The position numbers and the translations under genes were made by a program. Positions 37,359 through 47,603 of a stretch of DNA of 64,000 bases are shown here, in pieces. The notes under the pieces were generated by a model. That model searched no databases, was not told the DNA's origin, and was given only the letters and a program-made list of their open reading frames with translations. Each line of letters opens with the position of its first letter. The stretch's first letter is position 1. Source of the DNA: a virus; IMG/VR virus record IMGVR_UViG_3300042988_001339, positions 3,285 through 67,284 of that record, one strand, 5' to 3'.

Positions 37359-40292
37359 TTACGGGTTGGTGTTCGTGACCGTCGTCGTGATGGTGGCGCC
37401 GGTGAGGTCCTGTTGCGCCGTGATGGCACCCACCGTGTCGTTGCCGTCGTACACCAGGCGCGTGACGGTGCCGCCGGTGAGCTGGAGCCCGTGGGACATG
37501 CCCGCCGATCCACCCCTGTTGTCCCAGAGGATGTTGCCCCGCACGTACATCGCGGCGGCTGACGCGCCGGACACGATCGCGGGGCGCGGCGTTGCGGGCG
37601 CGCCGCAGTTACGGACCCTATTGCCCTCGATGATGATCCGGTCCCAGGTGCCGTCCGCCACCCAAACCCCCCGGGCCGTCCCCTGCGCGTCAAGGCATGA
37701 GTTGCCGTCCACCACGAGAGTCCCGAGGGTGCCGCCCGTGACGGTGGTCACCCTGATACCGGCCGTCCCTGCGAGCCTGATGTCATTCCCGCGGATCGTG
37801 AGGTCCCCGGCGTTGGTGATGCTCGTGATCCCTTCGGCCTGACCGTCGCAAATTACGACATTGTCCAGCACCTGCGCGGAAATCGAGTAGAGCCCCGCCA
37901 CGAATCCACCGCCGATGTAGATCCCCGTGGATCCAGGCCATCCCCCTACGACAGTGTTGCCCTGGATGATCGTCCCGTCGCACGCTCGGTCGGAGATGCC
38001 GAAGCCGCAATCCTCGACGTGGTTTCCGATGATTCGCGCACCCCGCGAGCGAATGTTGCCGGACTGCGATTCAGTGAAGATTCCATTCTTTCCGCACCAC
38101 CGGACCACGTTCCCGATGATCGTGAATGCTTCGTGGTGGAAGAATCCAGTTCCGATGCCGAAGCCAGACCCGCCAGCCGTGCCACCGAGTTCGGGGACCT
38201 GCGCCCCGCCCCGCTCGATGACATTCCCCACCATGTAGCCATCGGGCAAGAAATCGCACCCGAACGCAGTGGCGCTCGTGTCGTGGATGTACATGTTGGC
38301 GCAGGTCAGGCGCACACAGTTGGTGATGTAGATGCCCTTGTTTACACTGCTGTAGGTCGCGACGCGGGACCCAGAGCCATCAATCTCGAAGTCGCGGAAC
38401 GTCACATCAGTGATCGTCCCGCTGTTCTGCGTGCCGCCCTCATAGCGCCACGCCGACCCGCCGACCCCGCAGTAAGAGACGATAGAGCGACCAGCGCCGT
38501 ACCCCCACCAGGTCGTCCGCGAGAGCACGGGCAGTTCGCCGGTGACCATGTAACTGCCAGGCTCGATCTCAATCGAGCCGCGAACGCTCGCGGCAGCCGT
38601 GAATGCCGCCGTGTCGTCAGTGCCCACGCCGACCCACGCCCCAGGAATCGCCACGGTCCTGCCCGAAACCGTTGCGCGCGACGCCCCAAGCACGGTTGCC
38701 GCCGTGGCGCTCTGAATCGCGACGATCCACGTGACCATGTCGGCTCTCTGCGCGTTCGCGCGGATTCGTCCCGCGCCCGGGATGACGATCCGCTTGCCGA
38801 TGTCGGCGGAAGTCCAGTTGGCGGTAGCACTGTTGAGCGTGCTGCTGTTGTTGTTGATCGCGCCGTCGGTGATGGTGCGGCCAGCCGTGACGCTCTTGGT
38901 CGGCGCAGACGCGAGCGTGGCCTGCGTCGCGGACACCACGGCGGCGATCGTCGTCAGGTGCGTGCGCCCGACGGTCAGAGTGCCGTTGTCCGCTCCCGCG
39001 TAGGGGATCGCCACGGTCTTTCCAACGTCGCCCGCCGTGAATGCGGCCGTGGGGGATGTGAGGGTGGTCGACGCGGCGGTCACGGTCGCGTCGGTGACCA
39101 CTCGCATGTCACCGACGGCGCCGAAGACTCGCTTCACGCCGTTGCTCGACGCTGACAGGGTGCCCCAGCCGAGCGCGAGCGGACTCACTGTCGTGACGAC
39201 AGGGACCTGTCCGACCGTGGGGGTGCCGACCGGGCGAGGCGCCGCGAAGGCGGTCGTGGCGATGCTCGTGTCATTGTCGCCCGCGCTCGGCGTGGGAGCC
39301 GTCGGATTGCCCGTCAGGGCCGGGCTCGCCAGGGGCGCATACGTGCCAGTCAGTGAAGGGCTCGGGGTGTCCGTGGAGGTGATGACCCACGCCGAGACAC
39401 CGTCACTGGTGAGCTCCACCGACTCCCCCGCGAGGGTCAACGCCCGGGACGTCTGCCCGACCGCCGTCCCCGTGATGGTGTCGCCCCCGGCCCGTGACAC
39501 GGTGACCACGTTCGCTGAACCGTCGATCTTCTTGACGCCCGTCACCGTCCCCGCCGCGACCGAGTTCGCCGCCGGCAACGTCCGGGCGATCGCCGCGGAC
39601 GTCGCGTCCACCAGGGCCATCTGGCCCGCGACGAGTGTCCCCGTCGTCGCGGTCGACGGGGCACCCAGTGCCGCCGTCACGGCGGTCAACGCGGGCGCGC
39701 CCAGCGCCGCCCGGGCGGTCGCGGCGTCCGTGCCGCCGGTGCCGCCCCGGGCCAGGGGCAGGGTGCCCGACGTGATGTCGGCCGCCGAGTGCGCGTGCAC
39801 CGTCCCAGCCTTGGCCGCGAGTGCGGCGGTCGTCGAGGCGGACAGGGCCGTCACGTCCGCGTCGAGAGCCACCTCGATGGTGGTCGTCCCGTCGGAGATC
39901 GTGCCGTCGGCATCGATCGTGATGGACGAGCCGCCACCGCCGGTCGCGTCGGCCTGCCACGTCGCCGCCGTCGGGGACGTCGCCTTCAGGACCAGCCCCG
40001 CGGAGGCGGTGCCGGTGACCGTGACGCCACCGACAGCGGCGGTGTCCGCCGCGGTCCCCGACGTCGCGAGCTTCCCCGCGACGGTCGTGTCCAGCGCAGC
40101 CAGACGCGCCGCGACAGACGCGGCGGACCCCTGAGGGGTCAGGCCGAGAGTGTCCTCGATCTGGTTGATGGCGGTCTCGACGGCGTTCGCTGCCGCCGCG
40201 CTGATCCGCGCGGTGCTCGGGGCGTCCGCGGGAGCACCAGTCCAGTCGGTGCGGTTCGCGGGGAGGTTCGACAGATCGTCGGGGTATGCCAC
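37359..40292 (-). CDS. Tailspike / fibre with right-handed beta-helix (depolymerase-like)
   Basis: HAHSAADITSG, SPALTGNPTAPT...TSIATTAF, FGAVGD, GTDDTAAF and repeated IxGN rungs. Confidence 0.85.
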   Translation of the reverse strand: MAYPDDLSNLPANRTDWTGAPADAPSTARISAAAANAVETAINQIEDTLGLTPQGSAASVAARLAALDTTVAGKLATSGTAADTAAVGGVTVTGTASAGLVLKATSPTAATWQADATGGGGSSITIDADGTISDGTTTIEVALDADVTALSASTTAALAAKAGTVHAHSAADITSGTLPLARGGTGGTDAATARAALGAPALTAVTAALGAPSTATTGTLVAGQMALVDATSAAIARTLPAANSVAAGTVTGVKKIDGSANVVTVSRAGGDTITGTAVGQTSRALTLAGESVELTSDGVSAWVITSTDTPSPSLTGTYAPLASPALTGNPTAPTPSAGDNDTSIATTAFAAPRPVGTPTVGQVPVVTTVSPLALGWGTLSASSNGVKRVFGAVGDMRVVTDATVTAASTTLTSPTAAFTAGDVGKTVAIPYAGADNGTLTVGRTHLTTIAAVVSATQATLASAPTKSVTAGRTITDGAINNNSSTLNSATANWTSADIGKRIVIPGAGRIRANAQRADMVTWIVAIQSATAATVLGASRATVSGRTVAIPGAWVGVGTDDTAAFTAAASVRGSIEIEPGSYMVTGELPVLSRTTWWGYGAGRSIVSYCGVGGSAWRYEGGTQNSGTITDVTFRDFEIDGSGSRVATYSSVNKGIYITNCVRLTCANMYIHDTSATAFGCDFLPDGYMVGNVIERGGAQVPELGGTAGGSGFGIGTGFFHHEAFTIIGNVVRWCGKNGIFTESQSGNIRSRGARIIGNHVEDCGFGISDRACDGTIIQGNTVVGGWPGSTGIYIGGGFVAGLYSISAQVLDNVVICDGQAEGITSITNAGDLTIRGNDIRLAGTAGIRVTTVTGGTLGTLVVDGNSCLDAQGTARGVWVADGTWDRIIIEGNRVRNCGAPATPRPAIVSGASAAAMYVRGNILWDNRGGSAGMSHGLQLTGGTVTRLVYDGNDTVGAITAQQDLTGATITTTVTNTNP

Positions 40293-40349
40293 GGGAGGCC
40301 CCTTCTCGGGAGGGTTCAGGTCAGGTGGACGGGGGGCCGCGGCCCGGGG

Positions 40350-40532
40350 TCAGGAGAGAGCGGCCTGCGCTTCGCGGCCGACAGCGAGTTGGAGATCCTG
40401 CACGGTCGCGGCCTCCGCCGCAGCGACAGACCGGACCGCGAGAGCGGCGGCGGCAACCTCAGCGGCCTTCGCGGCGGTGAACCGGGCCTGCATCCGGGTC
40501 CGGGCATGCGGGGTGTGCGGGGTCGACGGCAT
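40350..40532 (-). CDS. Small hypothetical protein
   Basis: ORF between terS and the spike gene. Confidence 0.4.
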   Translation of the reverse strand: MPSTPHTPHARTRMQARFTAAKAAEVAAAALAVRSVAAAEAATVQDLQLAVGREAQAALS

Positions 40533-40804
40533 CAGGGGCCTCACTTCCGGGGTGTTTATGTGTTGTGACCTGCGGCGATACCTATAGAACGATCATGCAT
40601 GAGGGCAGGCATGACACCCAGTGCAACTAGGTCACCCGGGCGCCGACAACGCACCGTCAGGGCTGGGCCGCGCCACCCACGCCGCCACCAGAAGCGCCCC
40701 GAACCCCCACGGGTCCACCGCCCACAACCACGACGCCAGACCACCCACCACAGCGAGCAGCACAACACCCGCCACCCACAGGCCAAGGACCACCACCACG
40801 CGGG

Positions 40805-41572
40805 TCACGACCCGACCGCCGGCACAACCTGCCCCACAACCACCGAAGGGTCAGGGAACGGCTCCGACCCCGCGAGACACCGCAACGCCGTCAGGAGCAG
40901 CCCACGGAACGTCTCAACCTCCGAAGCGTCCAACTCCCACACCACAGCCGCCGCACGCTGCACCCACGCGAACGCCTCCGCGACCCGCGCCGCCTGATCC
41001 TGCGCAAGCTGGACAACCTTCTCCTCCAGCCCGATCTGCACCGCCTTCACGCACAGATTCCCGAGCCGGTCACGTTCCTCGTCGTACTTCCGTAGCCACA
41101 GGTGGACCTCAGGCCCAACCTCCGTGACCGTCTGCGTGACGTCCGTGTGGTTCCCACCCTCGGAACCCTTCCGCTCGGTCCGGGACACACCCCGAGTCCC
41201 CTGGATCAGCAGGTGCGCGCCACCCAACGCCTGCACCTGACCCCGGTAGAACTCGACATGCCCCGCGCTCCACCCGATCAGTTCGAGGAGCATCGCCTTC
41301 GGATTCGGCACATCCACCAACGCACCCAGAAGAGGCGCCGCCGAACCCATCTCAGCCACCACAGACCGCACAGCCTCAGCCGCCGCAGCACCCGCCAGAT
41401 TCTCGGCAGCCTTCTTCTTCGACACCTGGTTCGCACCGCCATGCATCCGGCACGCCGCCGTACCAGCAGCAGGCCGAGCCATACACGGCTCCGGCGGGTC
41501 AGTCCGCTTCTTGTGCCCCGAGCACCACGGATGCGGCTGCCCGCACTTCTTGCACGGAGACCCGTCGCTCAT
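40805..41572 (-). CDS. Terminase small subunit-like protein
   Basis: C..CGQPH..C.GH, CRMHGG, YDEERDRL..LC..A..IGLEE. Confidence 0.75.
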   Translation of the reverse strand: MSDGSPCKKCGQPHPWCSGHKKRTDPPEPCMARPAAGTAACRMHGGANQVSKKKAAENLAGAAAAEAVRSVVAEMGSAAPLLGALVDVPNPKAMLLELIGWSAGHVEFYRGQVQALGGAHLLIQGTRGVSRTERKGSEGGNHTDVTQTVTEVGPEVHLWLRKYDEERDRLGNLCVKAVQIGLEEKVVQLAQDQAARVAEAFAWVQRAAAVVWELDASEVETFRGLLLTALRCLAGSEPFPDPSVVVGQVVPAVGS

Positions 41573-41890
41573 GTGGCTGTCCCGGGCGCGTGGCGCTCAT
41601 CGGGCATGGCAAGGCGGCTGTCGTGATGACAGTACCTGATGGGGGTGTTGTGGGTGGGGTGGCGGGTCATGTGTCGTTCCTGTTCGGGTGGGTGGTTCGG
41701 ATGCGTGGCGTGCGGGTCCAGCGGGGGGTGTGTCCGCGTTTGGCGCGCCAGTTGGGGTGGCGGGGGTGGGTGGTGATGGTGATGTTGTCGGGGATGACGA
41801 TGGGGTCGCCTCGACGGAGGGCCTGCGTGATGGCGGCTTCGAAGCGTCGGAGTTGGTCGGGGCTACAGGGGTCCCGAACGGTGACGACGA

Positions 41891-42052
41891 TCATTTGTTG
41901 CTCTTGGGGTTGGCGTTGGCCGTGATGAAGATGCCGAGGAGGCCGAGGGATTCGGTGGGGGTGAAGCCTTCGTTGGTGAGGGCGATGTAGAGCTGGCGCC
42001 AGGCGGAGGCCAGTTGGCGGATGTCGGAGGAGGGTTCGATGGGTGTGGTCAT
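41891..42052 (-). CDS. Small phage protein
   Basis: LYIALTNEGFTPTESL motif; 4-bp overlaps. Confidence 0.6.
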   Translation of the reverse strand: MTTPIEPSSDIRQLASAWRQLYIALTNEGFTPTESLGLLGIFITANANPKSNK

Positions 42053-42314
42053 CGGGGGTCCCCTAGGAGGGTGTGGGTGAGGTCGGTGATGGTCGGGTAC
42101 CGGCTGTGTCCGGTGCCGATGACGCCGCGGGCGAGGAGGTCGGGGGTGGCGGCGCCCCAGCGGACGATGGACCAGCGGTGCCAGGTGTCGGGCCCGTTGT
42201 CGGTGGTGTGGTGGGCCCATTGGGTGCAGCGGGTGCGGGGGTCGGGGGTGAGGGTGGCTGTGCAGCGTTCGCGGATGCGGATGTTGTGGGGCTGGTCCCA
42301 CCAGGGGGTGGCGG

Positions 42315-42713
42315 TCACCGGGAGGCGTCCGCGGTGAGGACGACGAGCGGGAGGACGCGGCGGCCGGGGATGTCGGCGTGGTAGGCGCACACGTTGTCCA
42401 GTGCCGCCTCTGGGCGGGGCCCCGTCCGGTACCAGGGGTAGTCCGCGCAGATCGGCGGACGGTCCTCGTATGCCGTGCAGCGGCGTGAGGTCGTGTCGAA
42501 CTTCGCGCACGTCATCCGCCACGTCACAGGTGTCTCGTCGGGCGGGTTGATGCCGTGCTCGCGCAGCGTCCAGTGCTTGGCGGCGAACGCGGCGTTGGCG
42601 ACCGTCGTCCAGTGCGCCCCTTCGGCGGCGGCCTTGGCAGGCCAGGTCGCCGGGTCGAACGAGAGGACGACCGGGTCACAGCAGGCGCCGCAGTGGGGCG
42701 GGCATTCGGTCAC
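42315..42713 (-). CDS. YkgJ-like Cys-cluster (Zn/Fe-chelating) protein
   Basis: CGACC...C..FD...C.AYEDRP.IC.DYP. Confidence 0.85.
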   Translation of the reverse strand: MTECPPHCGACCDPVVLSFDPATWPAKAAAEGAHWTTVANAAFAAKHWTLREHGINPPDETPVTWRMTCAKFDTTSRRCTAYEDRPPICADYPWYRTGPRPEAALDNVCAYHADIPGRRVLPLVVLTADASR

Positions 42714-42976
42714 GGGCCGTCCTGCTGGGCGGCGTAGTGGAGGGCTGCGACCTTGAGGGGCCATGGCTGGATGGGTTCCCCGAGCCAGGTGAGGGTGGCG
42801 GCCATGCCCTCGCGGACGATGAGGCGGGCTTCGGTGGCGTTCCGGGAGGGGATCCCGACGTGGATCACCTTGCGGGTGCCGGCGGGCACGTAGGCCTGCC
42901 CTTCGGGGATGAGGCGGGACCCGACGATCGGGACGCCGAGGGATCCCGCGAGGGCGTCGAGAGCGGGGGTGGTCAT
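42710..42976 (-). CDS. Hypothetical protein
   Basis: 4-bp overlaps. Confidence 0.55.
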   Translation of the reverse strand: MTTPALDALAGSLGVPIVGSRLIPEGQAYVPAGTRKVIHVGIPSRNATEARLIVREGMAATLTWLGEPIQPWPLKVAALHYAAQQDGP

Positions 42977-43308
42977 GGGGTCTCCTTGGGGATGGCGTGG
43001 TGGAGGCCGCGGGCGGTGAGTTCGCGGCGCATCGCGGTGTTCTCGGCGGCGAGGCGGGTGATGGTGCGGGTCGCGGCGTCCGCGGGGGTGTCCCCTGGGG
43101 GTTCGTCGAGTACCTCGATGCAGCGGGCGCCGGGGCCGCGGCGGATCCGGCCTTTGCGGGTGAGGGCTGCGAGGGTGTGCGCGACGGATGATGTGGAGGT
43201 GACGCCGAGGATGGTGGCGAGTTCGCGGACGCTGGGTGGGTAGCCGCGGTCTCTGGTGGCGAGGATCGCGTCGAGGCAGGCGGCTTCGCGGGCGGTGAGA
43301 GCGGTCAC
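42973..43308 (-). CDS. LexA-like DNA-binding domain protein lacking the peptidase domain
   Basis: LTARE...GYPPSVRELA..LGVTSTSSV...L..L.RKGRIRR.PGAR.I. Confidence 0.88.
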   Translation of the reverse strand: MTALTAREAACLDAILATRDRGYPPSVRELATILGVTSTSSVAHTLAALTRKGRIRRGPGARCIEVLDEPPGDTPADAATRTITRLAAENTAMRRELTARGLHHAIPKETP

Positions 43309-43652
43309 GTGGTTTCCCGCGCGGGGGGCTGGGGGAACTGGAGCGTCGGCGGCGGGCCGGTTGGCGTGGTGGTCCCGAGCCAGGAGAACGGCTGCGTGGG
43401 CATCCCGTGCGGGACCGTCGGGTGTGGGTCTTCGTGGGGGGTGTCGACGATGGGGATGAGGATGCGGTGCTGTCCGGGGCCCCCGTCGGGGTGGGGGACG
43501 CTGGTGAGGGCGGTGATCTCGATGGAGTTGGGGCCGAAGCGGATCGCGGAGACGGCGGTGGCGTCGATGCCGAGGCCCGCGAGGGCGTCGCGGAGGGCCC
43601 CGCGGTCGATGCGGGCGGGGATGCTGACTGTGAACGGGGCGGGGGTGTTCAC
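43305..43652 (-). CDS. Hypothetical protein
   Basis: 4-bp overlaps. Confidence 0.5.
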   Translation of the reverse strand: MNTPAPFTVSIPARIDRGALRDALAGLGIDATAVSAIRFGPNSIEITALTSVPHPDGGPGQHRILIPIVDTPHEDPHPTVPHGMPTQPFSWLGTTTPTGPPPTLQFPQPPARETT

Positions 43653-43903
43653 GGGGTGGTCTCGGTGCGGGCGGCGATCGCGGCCCGGATGAGGCAGTCT
43701 TTCGCTTCGAGGAGCTTCCGGAGACCGGTGGTGAGTTCGGGGTCGGCGGGGAGCCGTTCGGCGAACTCCCACGCGAGGTCGGCGATGGGCCGGGCGACGG
43801 CCTGGAGGTCCGGCGCGAGGTGGGTGTGGGCGAACCAGCGGAGGATGCCCCGGACGGACGGGTGGAGGGGCAGGAGGTGGCGGTGCTCGGGCGCTACGGG
43901 CAT
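43649..43903 (-). CDS. Helical-hairpin phage protein (Acb2/Tad1-hairpin-like)
   Basis: FAHTHL..LQAVA...LPADPELTTGLRKLLEAKDCLIRAA. Confidence 0.65.
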   Translation of the reverse strand: MPVAPEHRHLLPLHPSVRGILRWFAHTHLAPDLQAVARPIADLAWEFAERLPADPELTTGLRKLLEAKDCLIRAAIAARTETTP

Positions 43904-44111
43904 GGGGTCTCCTCGGTGGTGGTTCTCGCCGCGCGGCGGGCGGCGACATGGGCGGTCTTCGTGCTGCACGGCCACGGCTGCCAGCACTCGTTGCACCACA
44001 GGTACGCCTCGCAGTCGTCGCCTGCGTCCGGGCCGCAGGTGGGGTGCCCGTGGTGCGGGTGGTGGACGCGGGTAACGCACTGCCCGCAGACGGTGGCGGG
44101 GGCCGGGTCCG

Positions 44112-45212
44112 TCACGGGGTCTCCCCTGCGTACAGGGCGGCGGCGATCCGCTCGGCGGTCGCGAGGTCGTAGAGGGTGCGGCCCTGCGGGTCGGTGCCCA
44201 CCCGCGGCAACGTCCCGTGTTGCGTGCCGCGGCAGGACCACTGCCAGATCAGCGACGGCTTGATCTCCCGGCCGTGCTCCGCGGACAGCCACGCGGCGAT
44301 GGCGCGGCCCGTGGCGGCGGTGTCCCGGCCCGGGGTGGGGTCGTCGTGGTCCGGTTGGCCGGGGCGGGCGAGCATGATGCGCCGCCACTCGTGGGGTTGC
44401 CCGGTGTGCCCGCAGGTGGGGCAGGTGATGGTGAGGGTCCCGAGTTTCGCGCGGACGGGTCCCCCGCAGGGGGTGCCGTCGGCGGCGGGGAGGGGGCAGG
44501 GGCCGAGGAGGACCCCGCTGGGTGGGGTGGGGTACGCGGTCCTGGTGGCGTCCGCGACGCACGCCAACACGTCGTACACGAACTGGTCGGCGTGGTCCGA
44601 CGCGAGGAGCCATTCGGTGTGCCGGTGGACGGTCCGGATCGTGTCGTGCGGGTCGCTCGACGTGGGGCGGGACAGGCCGCGCCCGTAGGGGCCGGCGGGT
44701 AGCGGGTCCGGGACGGGCCCGCCCCGGAGGTAGGCGACGTTCATGGCGTGGGCGTGGGCGTCGCGCTGCGCCTTCGTTGGTTCGACGGGTTGGGCGAGGA
44801 TGACCCGCCAGTGCAGGAGCATCACCCGGATCCACTCCCGGGACCAGCGGGGCCCGTCGGCGAGGACGAGACGGGATTCTGCGGTGCCGGTGACCCGTCC
44901 CGAGTAGGCGACGCGGGTTGGGGTCAGCAGGTCCTCGTAGATGTCGGCGAGGGTGTCGAGGGCTGTGGTGGTTCGCTCCCAGCACGTCATGCAGACCATG
45001 CCGCCGGGTAGGGCGAGCCTGGGGGCGCAGCCGGTGCAGTCGGGGTCGGGGCCGTGGTGGCAGCCGCCGGGGACGTCGCAGGGCGGCGGGTATGCGGGGT
45101 TCCGGTGGCAGATGCAGTCGCAGTCCTGGGCGCCGCAGCCGGGGGCGTGTTTCCCGCGGACGGTGCACTGTCGCACGCAGGGGCGGGGCGGCGTGTGGGG
45201 TGCGGGGGTCAC
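44112..45212 (-). CDS. Zn-binding protein with C-terminal HTH (putative late regulator)
   Basis: Multiple CxxC; LGPCP...CGG...CPTCG; IWQW..RG...GRTLYDL; lies upstream of the late genes. Confidence 0.65.
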   Translation of the reverse strand: MTPAPHTPPRPCVRQCTVRGKHAPGCGAQDCDCICHRNPAYPPPCDVPGGCHHGPDPDCTGCAPRLALPGGMVCMTCWERTTTALDTLADIYEDLLTPTRVAYSGRVTGTAESRLVLADGPRWSREWIRVMLLHWRVILAQPVEPTKAQRDAHAHAMNVAYLRGGPVPDPLPAGPYGRGLSRPTSSDPHDTIRTVHRHTEWLLASDHADQFVYDVLACVADATRTAYPTPPSGVLLGPCPLPAADGTPCGGPVRAKLGTLTITCPTCGHTGQPHEWRRIMLARPGQPDHDDPTPGRDTAATGRAIAAWLSAEHGREIKPSLIWQWSCRGTQHGTLPRVGTDPQGRTLYDLATAERIAAALYAGETP

Positions 45213-45730
45213 GCGGTGTGACCCGTGCGGGCCCGGGGAAGGGACGTCACGGTAGGCATGATGCCGCATGACGCTAGGTGCGGGTGCTCATCTGTTCGGT
45301 TGCGTGTCGCGTGCGTCCCGGGGCCCCTCTCGGGGCGTCGGTCACTCTGTGTGTGTGGCTACGAGTCCTTCGGGGTGGGACCGGTCGGGGGTGACGTCGA
45401 CCCCGAGGACCATGGCGGTGAGGTCGGTGGAGCGCGCGAGGGGCCCGAACGGGGAGACGGTTCGGGCCATTCGTTCTAGTGTGGCCGGGTGCGCGACGAC
45501 CCGGGAGCGGGTGGCGCGGGCGGTGCTGGTGATGGCTTGGATGTCGTGGGGGGTGGCGTTGGGGGTGAGCCACCACAGGTCGATCCATGTGGGTGCGTCA
45601 CGCTGGGTGTTGTCGTTACCGCGCGCGTGTGTGTGATGTCGCCGCTCAGTCACTATCCCAAGGTCCCACGCATCACCCGTTCTGCCTAGTCCGAATGGGC
45701 TAGGTGCCTGCCGTGTCGCAGTCGCGGGGC

Positions 45731-45976
45731 CTACGCCCCACGGGCAGGGTCAAGGATCTCCTCGACGTCGCAGAACTCGAACCAGGCGGAGCACGGCGGG
45801 CACACCTTCACCTGTTCCGGGCGTCCACCCGGGCCGGACGGGAGGACCACCCGGACCGTGTACCTGTCCCCCGGGGCGATGTCCCCGGCGCACCCGTAGT
45901 AGCCCGTCGCGTTGCACGCGTGCCGCTTCCGGGCAGTCCTCGTTACCACCGCCGTCTCGTAGTGGTGCCCGGTCAT
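45731..45976 (-). CDS. Small zinc-ribbon protein
   Basis: ARKRHAC...C..DI.PGDRY...CPPC. Confidence 0.7.
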   Translation of the reverse strand: MTGHHYETAVVTRTARKRHACNATGYYGCAGDIAPGDRYTVRVVLPSGPGGRPEQVKVCPPCSAWFEFCDVEEILDPARGA

Positions 45977-46251
45977 GCCTTCACTGTCCGGTACCGGGCG
46001 GTCCGGCCCGTCCCCGTGTGACGGGTCGCGGCGCCCATGTCGACGAGACGATTGAGGAACACACGGGTGTCCGTCAGGGACTCCCCGGCCCGGCGCGCGA
46101 CCGCGGACGGCAGCGCCCCGCGGGGGTCACCGCCGGCGGCGAGGGCCGAGCATTCCTGGGTGAGCGCGAGCTCCACCCGGTCCATGGCTGCGACGAGCGC
46201 ATCGGGCATCCGGTCGTGGATGCCGTCCCGGGTCAAGTCGAAGACGGTCAC
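45973..46251 (-). CDS. Winged-HTH protein
   Basis: SAVARRAG.S...RVFLNRLVDMG.A.R.G.G..RY. Confidence 0.65.
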   Translation of the reverse strand: MTVFDLTRDGIHDRMPDALVAAMDRVELALTQECSALAAGGDPRGALPSAVARRAGESLTDTRVFLNRLVDMGAATRHTGTGRTARYRTVKA

Positions 46252-46772
46252 GGTGTCTCCACGGGGTAGATGTCGGCGATGAGCGCGGGCCTGCTGTCGG
46301 CGGTGGAAGCGGCGGTGGGGCCCCATGCCCCTTCGCGGGCTAGGCCGCGGTCGATGAGGGTGAGGCCCGCGGCGGCGTAGGGCGCGTGCCCGGGCGGGAT
46401 GGTGAGGGTGGCTGCTGCGACGACGGTCCCGGCGCGGTTGAGGAGGCGGAGCGTGGTCCCGTCGATGACAGCGGTCCGCGCGTCCCGGACGTTGGTGGTC
46501 ATCGCGACGGCCCTGGGGATGTTCCGGGTGGTGTCCCAGCCGCACGCGAGGTGGCCGAGGTCCCCGGTCTTGGGGCAGTTCGCGCGGTCGAGGTCGTCGT
46601 CCTGCGGGGGCCGCCCGGTGGCTGCCGTGTACGTCTCGGCGTCGATCCCCGGGTCGACGGTCGCGGGGGTGTCGGTCGTTGCGTGGGCCGGTGTGGCGCT
46701 GGCCCGGGCGGCGCGGACGCTGCGGAGCAGCGCGGTGCACAGGTCCACCTGCTCACCCTCGGGGGCCGTCAC
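46248..46772 (-). CDS. Hypothetical protein
   Basis: ATGRPPQDDDLDRANC...GH..CGW motif; overlaps. Confidence 0.6.
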   Translation of the reverse strand: MTAPEGEQVDLCTALLRSVRAARASATPAHATTDTPATVDPGIDAETYTAATGRPPQDDDLDRANCPKTGDLGHLACGWDTTRNIPRAVAMTTNVRDARTAVIDGTTLRLLNRAGTVVAAATLTIPPGHAPYAAAGLTLIDRGLAREGAWGPTAASTADSRPALIADIYPVETP

Positions 46773-47032
46773 GACGCGGCCTGCGACTGGAGGGCCGTGA
46801 CGGCGGCGACGACTTCGGCGTGACCCGCGACCGCGGCCTCACGGGTCGCGTACCGGGTCCCCAGGTCCGGGTGCGGGTCCCTATCGGCCGCGGTGGGGTC
46901 CGCGGATACCACGGAGGTCTCCCAGTAGACGGGCTGCCGGTACATGGCTCCGAGGCCGAAGTACAGGGTCGACACGACGACGTCACCGACGTGGTCCTGT
47001 CCGACGTCCGCGGTGGTGAGGAGCATACGCAT
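46769..47032 (-). CDS. Hypothetical phage protein
   Basis: VSTLYFGL...WETSV...RYATREAA.AGH motif. Confidence 0.65.
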   Translation of the reverse strand: MRMLLTTADVGQDHVGDVVVSTLYFGLGAMYRQPVYWETSVVSADPTAADRDPHPDLGTRYATREAAVAGHAEVVAAVTALQSQAAS

Positions 47033-47187
47033 CGTGGTCTCCGTTCAGAGGGCGGTGACGGCGGCGACGGCGGCGACTGCTGCGCCGCCGGTGGCGCCGA
47101 GGATGGCGGCGACCGTGACGAGGACGAGGACCGCGAGGATGCGGCGGGCCGTGTAGTTGGGGCGGCGGGCCGCGTGCCGTGCGGGGG

Positions 47188-47394
47188 TCATGCGGTCACG
47201 ACCTGGACGTGGACGGGGGTGCGGGCACCCCACGTGACGCGGCGGACCCGGCCGGTGATGGTGCGGATGGTCAGCTCCACCTTCCCGGCGGGGGTGGTCA
47301 GGTCGCGGGCGGGGCGGGTGAGGACCGTGCAGCCCGTTCCCGCGAGGGTCATGCCGGGGGCGAGTGCCCCGGCGGTGGTGCGGGTGGTGGTCAC
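47188..47394 (-). CDS. Hypothetical protein, first gene after promoter cassette
   Basis: GGAG RBS downstream of the cassette. Confidence 0.55.
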   Translation of the reverse strand: MTTTRTTAGALAPGMTLAGTGCTVLTRPARDLTTPAGKVELTIRTITGRVRRVTWGARTPVHVQVVTA

Positions 47395-47414
47395 TGGGGG
47401 CTCCATCCGTGCGT

Positions 47415-47467
47415 GTCTATCTCGACATAGACGAAGGTAGCGGGGCACTGCACCTAGCGCAAGTAGG
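47415..47467 (-). promoter_or_regulatory. Dual-operator SigA-like promoter cassette (copy A)
   Basis: Minus strand CCTAC-TTGCGC-TAGG...TACCTT-C-GTCTATGTCGAGATAGAC. Confidence 0.8.
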
Positions 47468-47603
47468 CACACCCGCCCGGGCTACGGCGCGTCCCGAGAC
47501 GGCGGGACACTCCCCACCGGGGGCGGCGCATCACGGACACCCCCGCCCTGGAACGCCAAGACGTCGGCATCGCGCTCCTCAGCAGTCTTGCCCCCGGGGC
47601 CGG

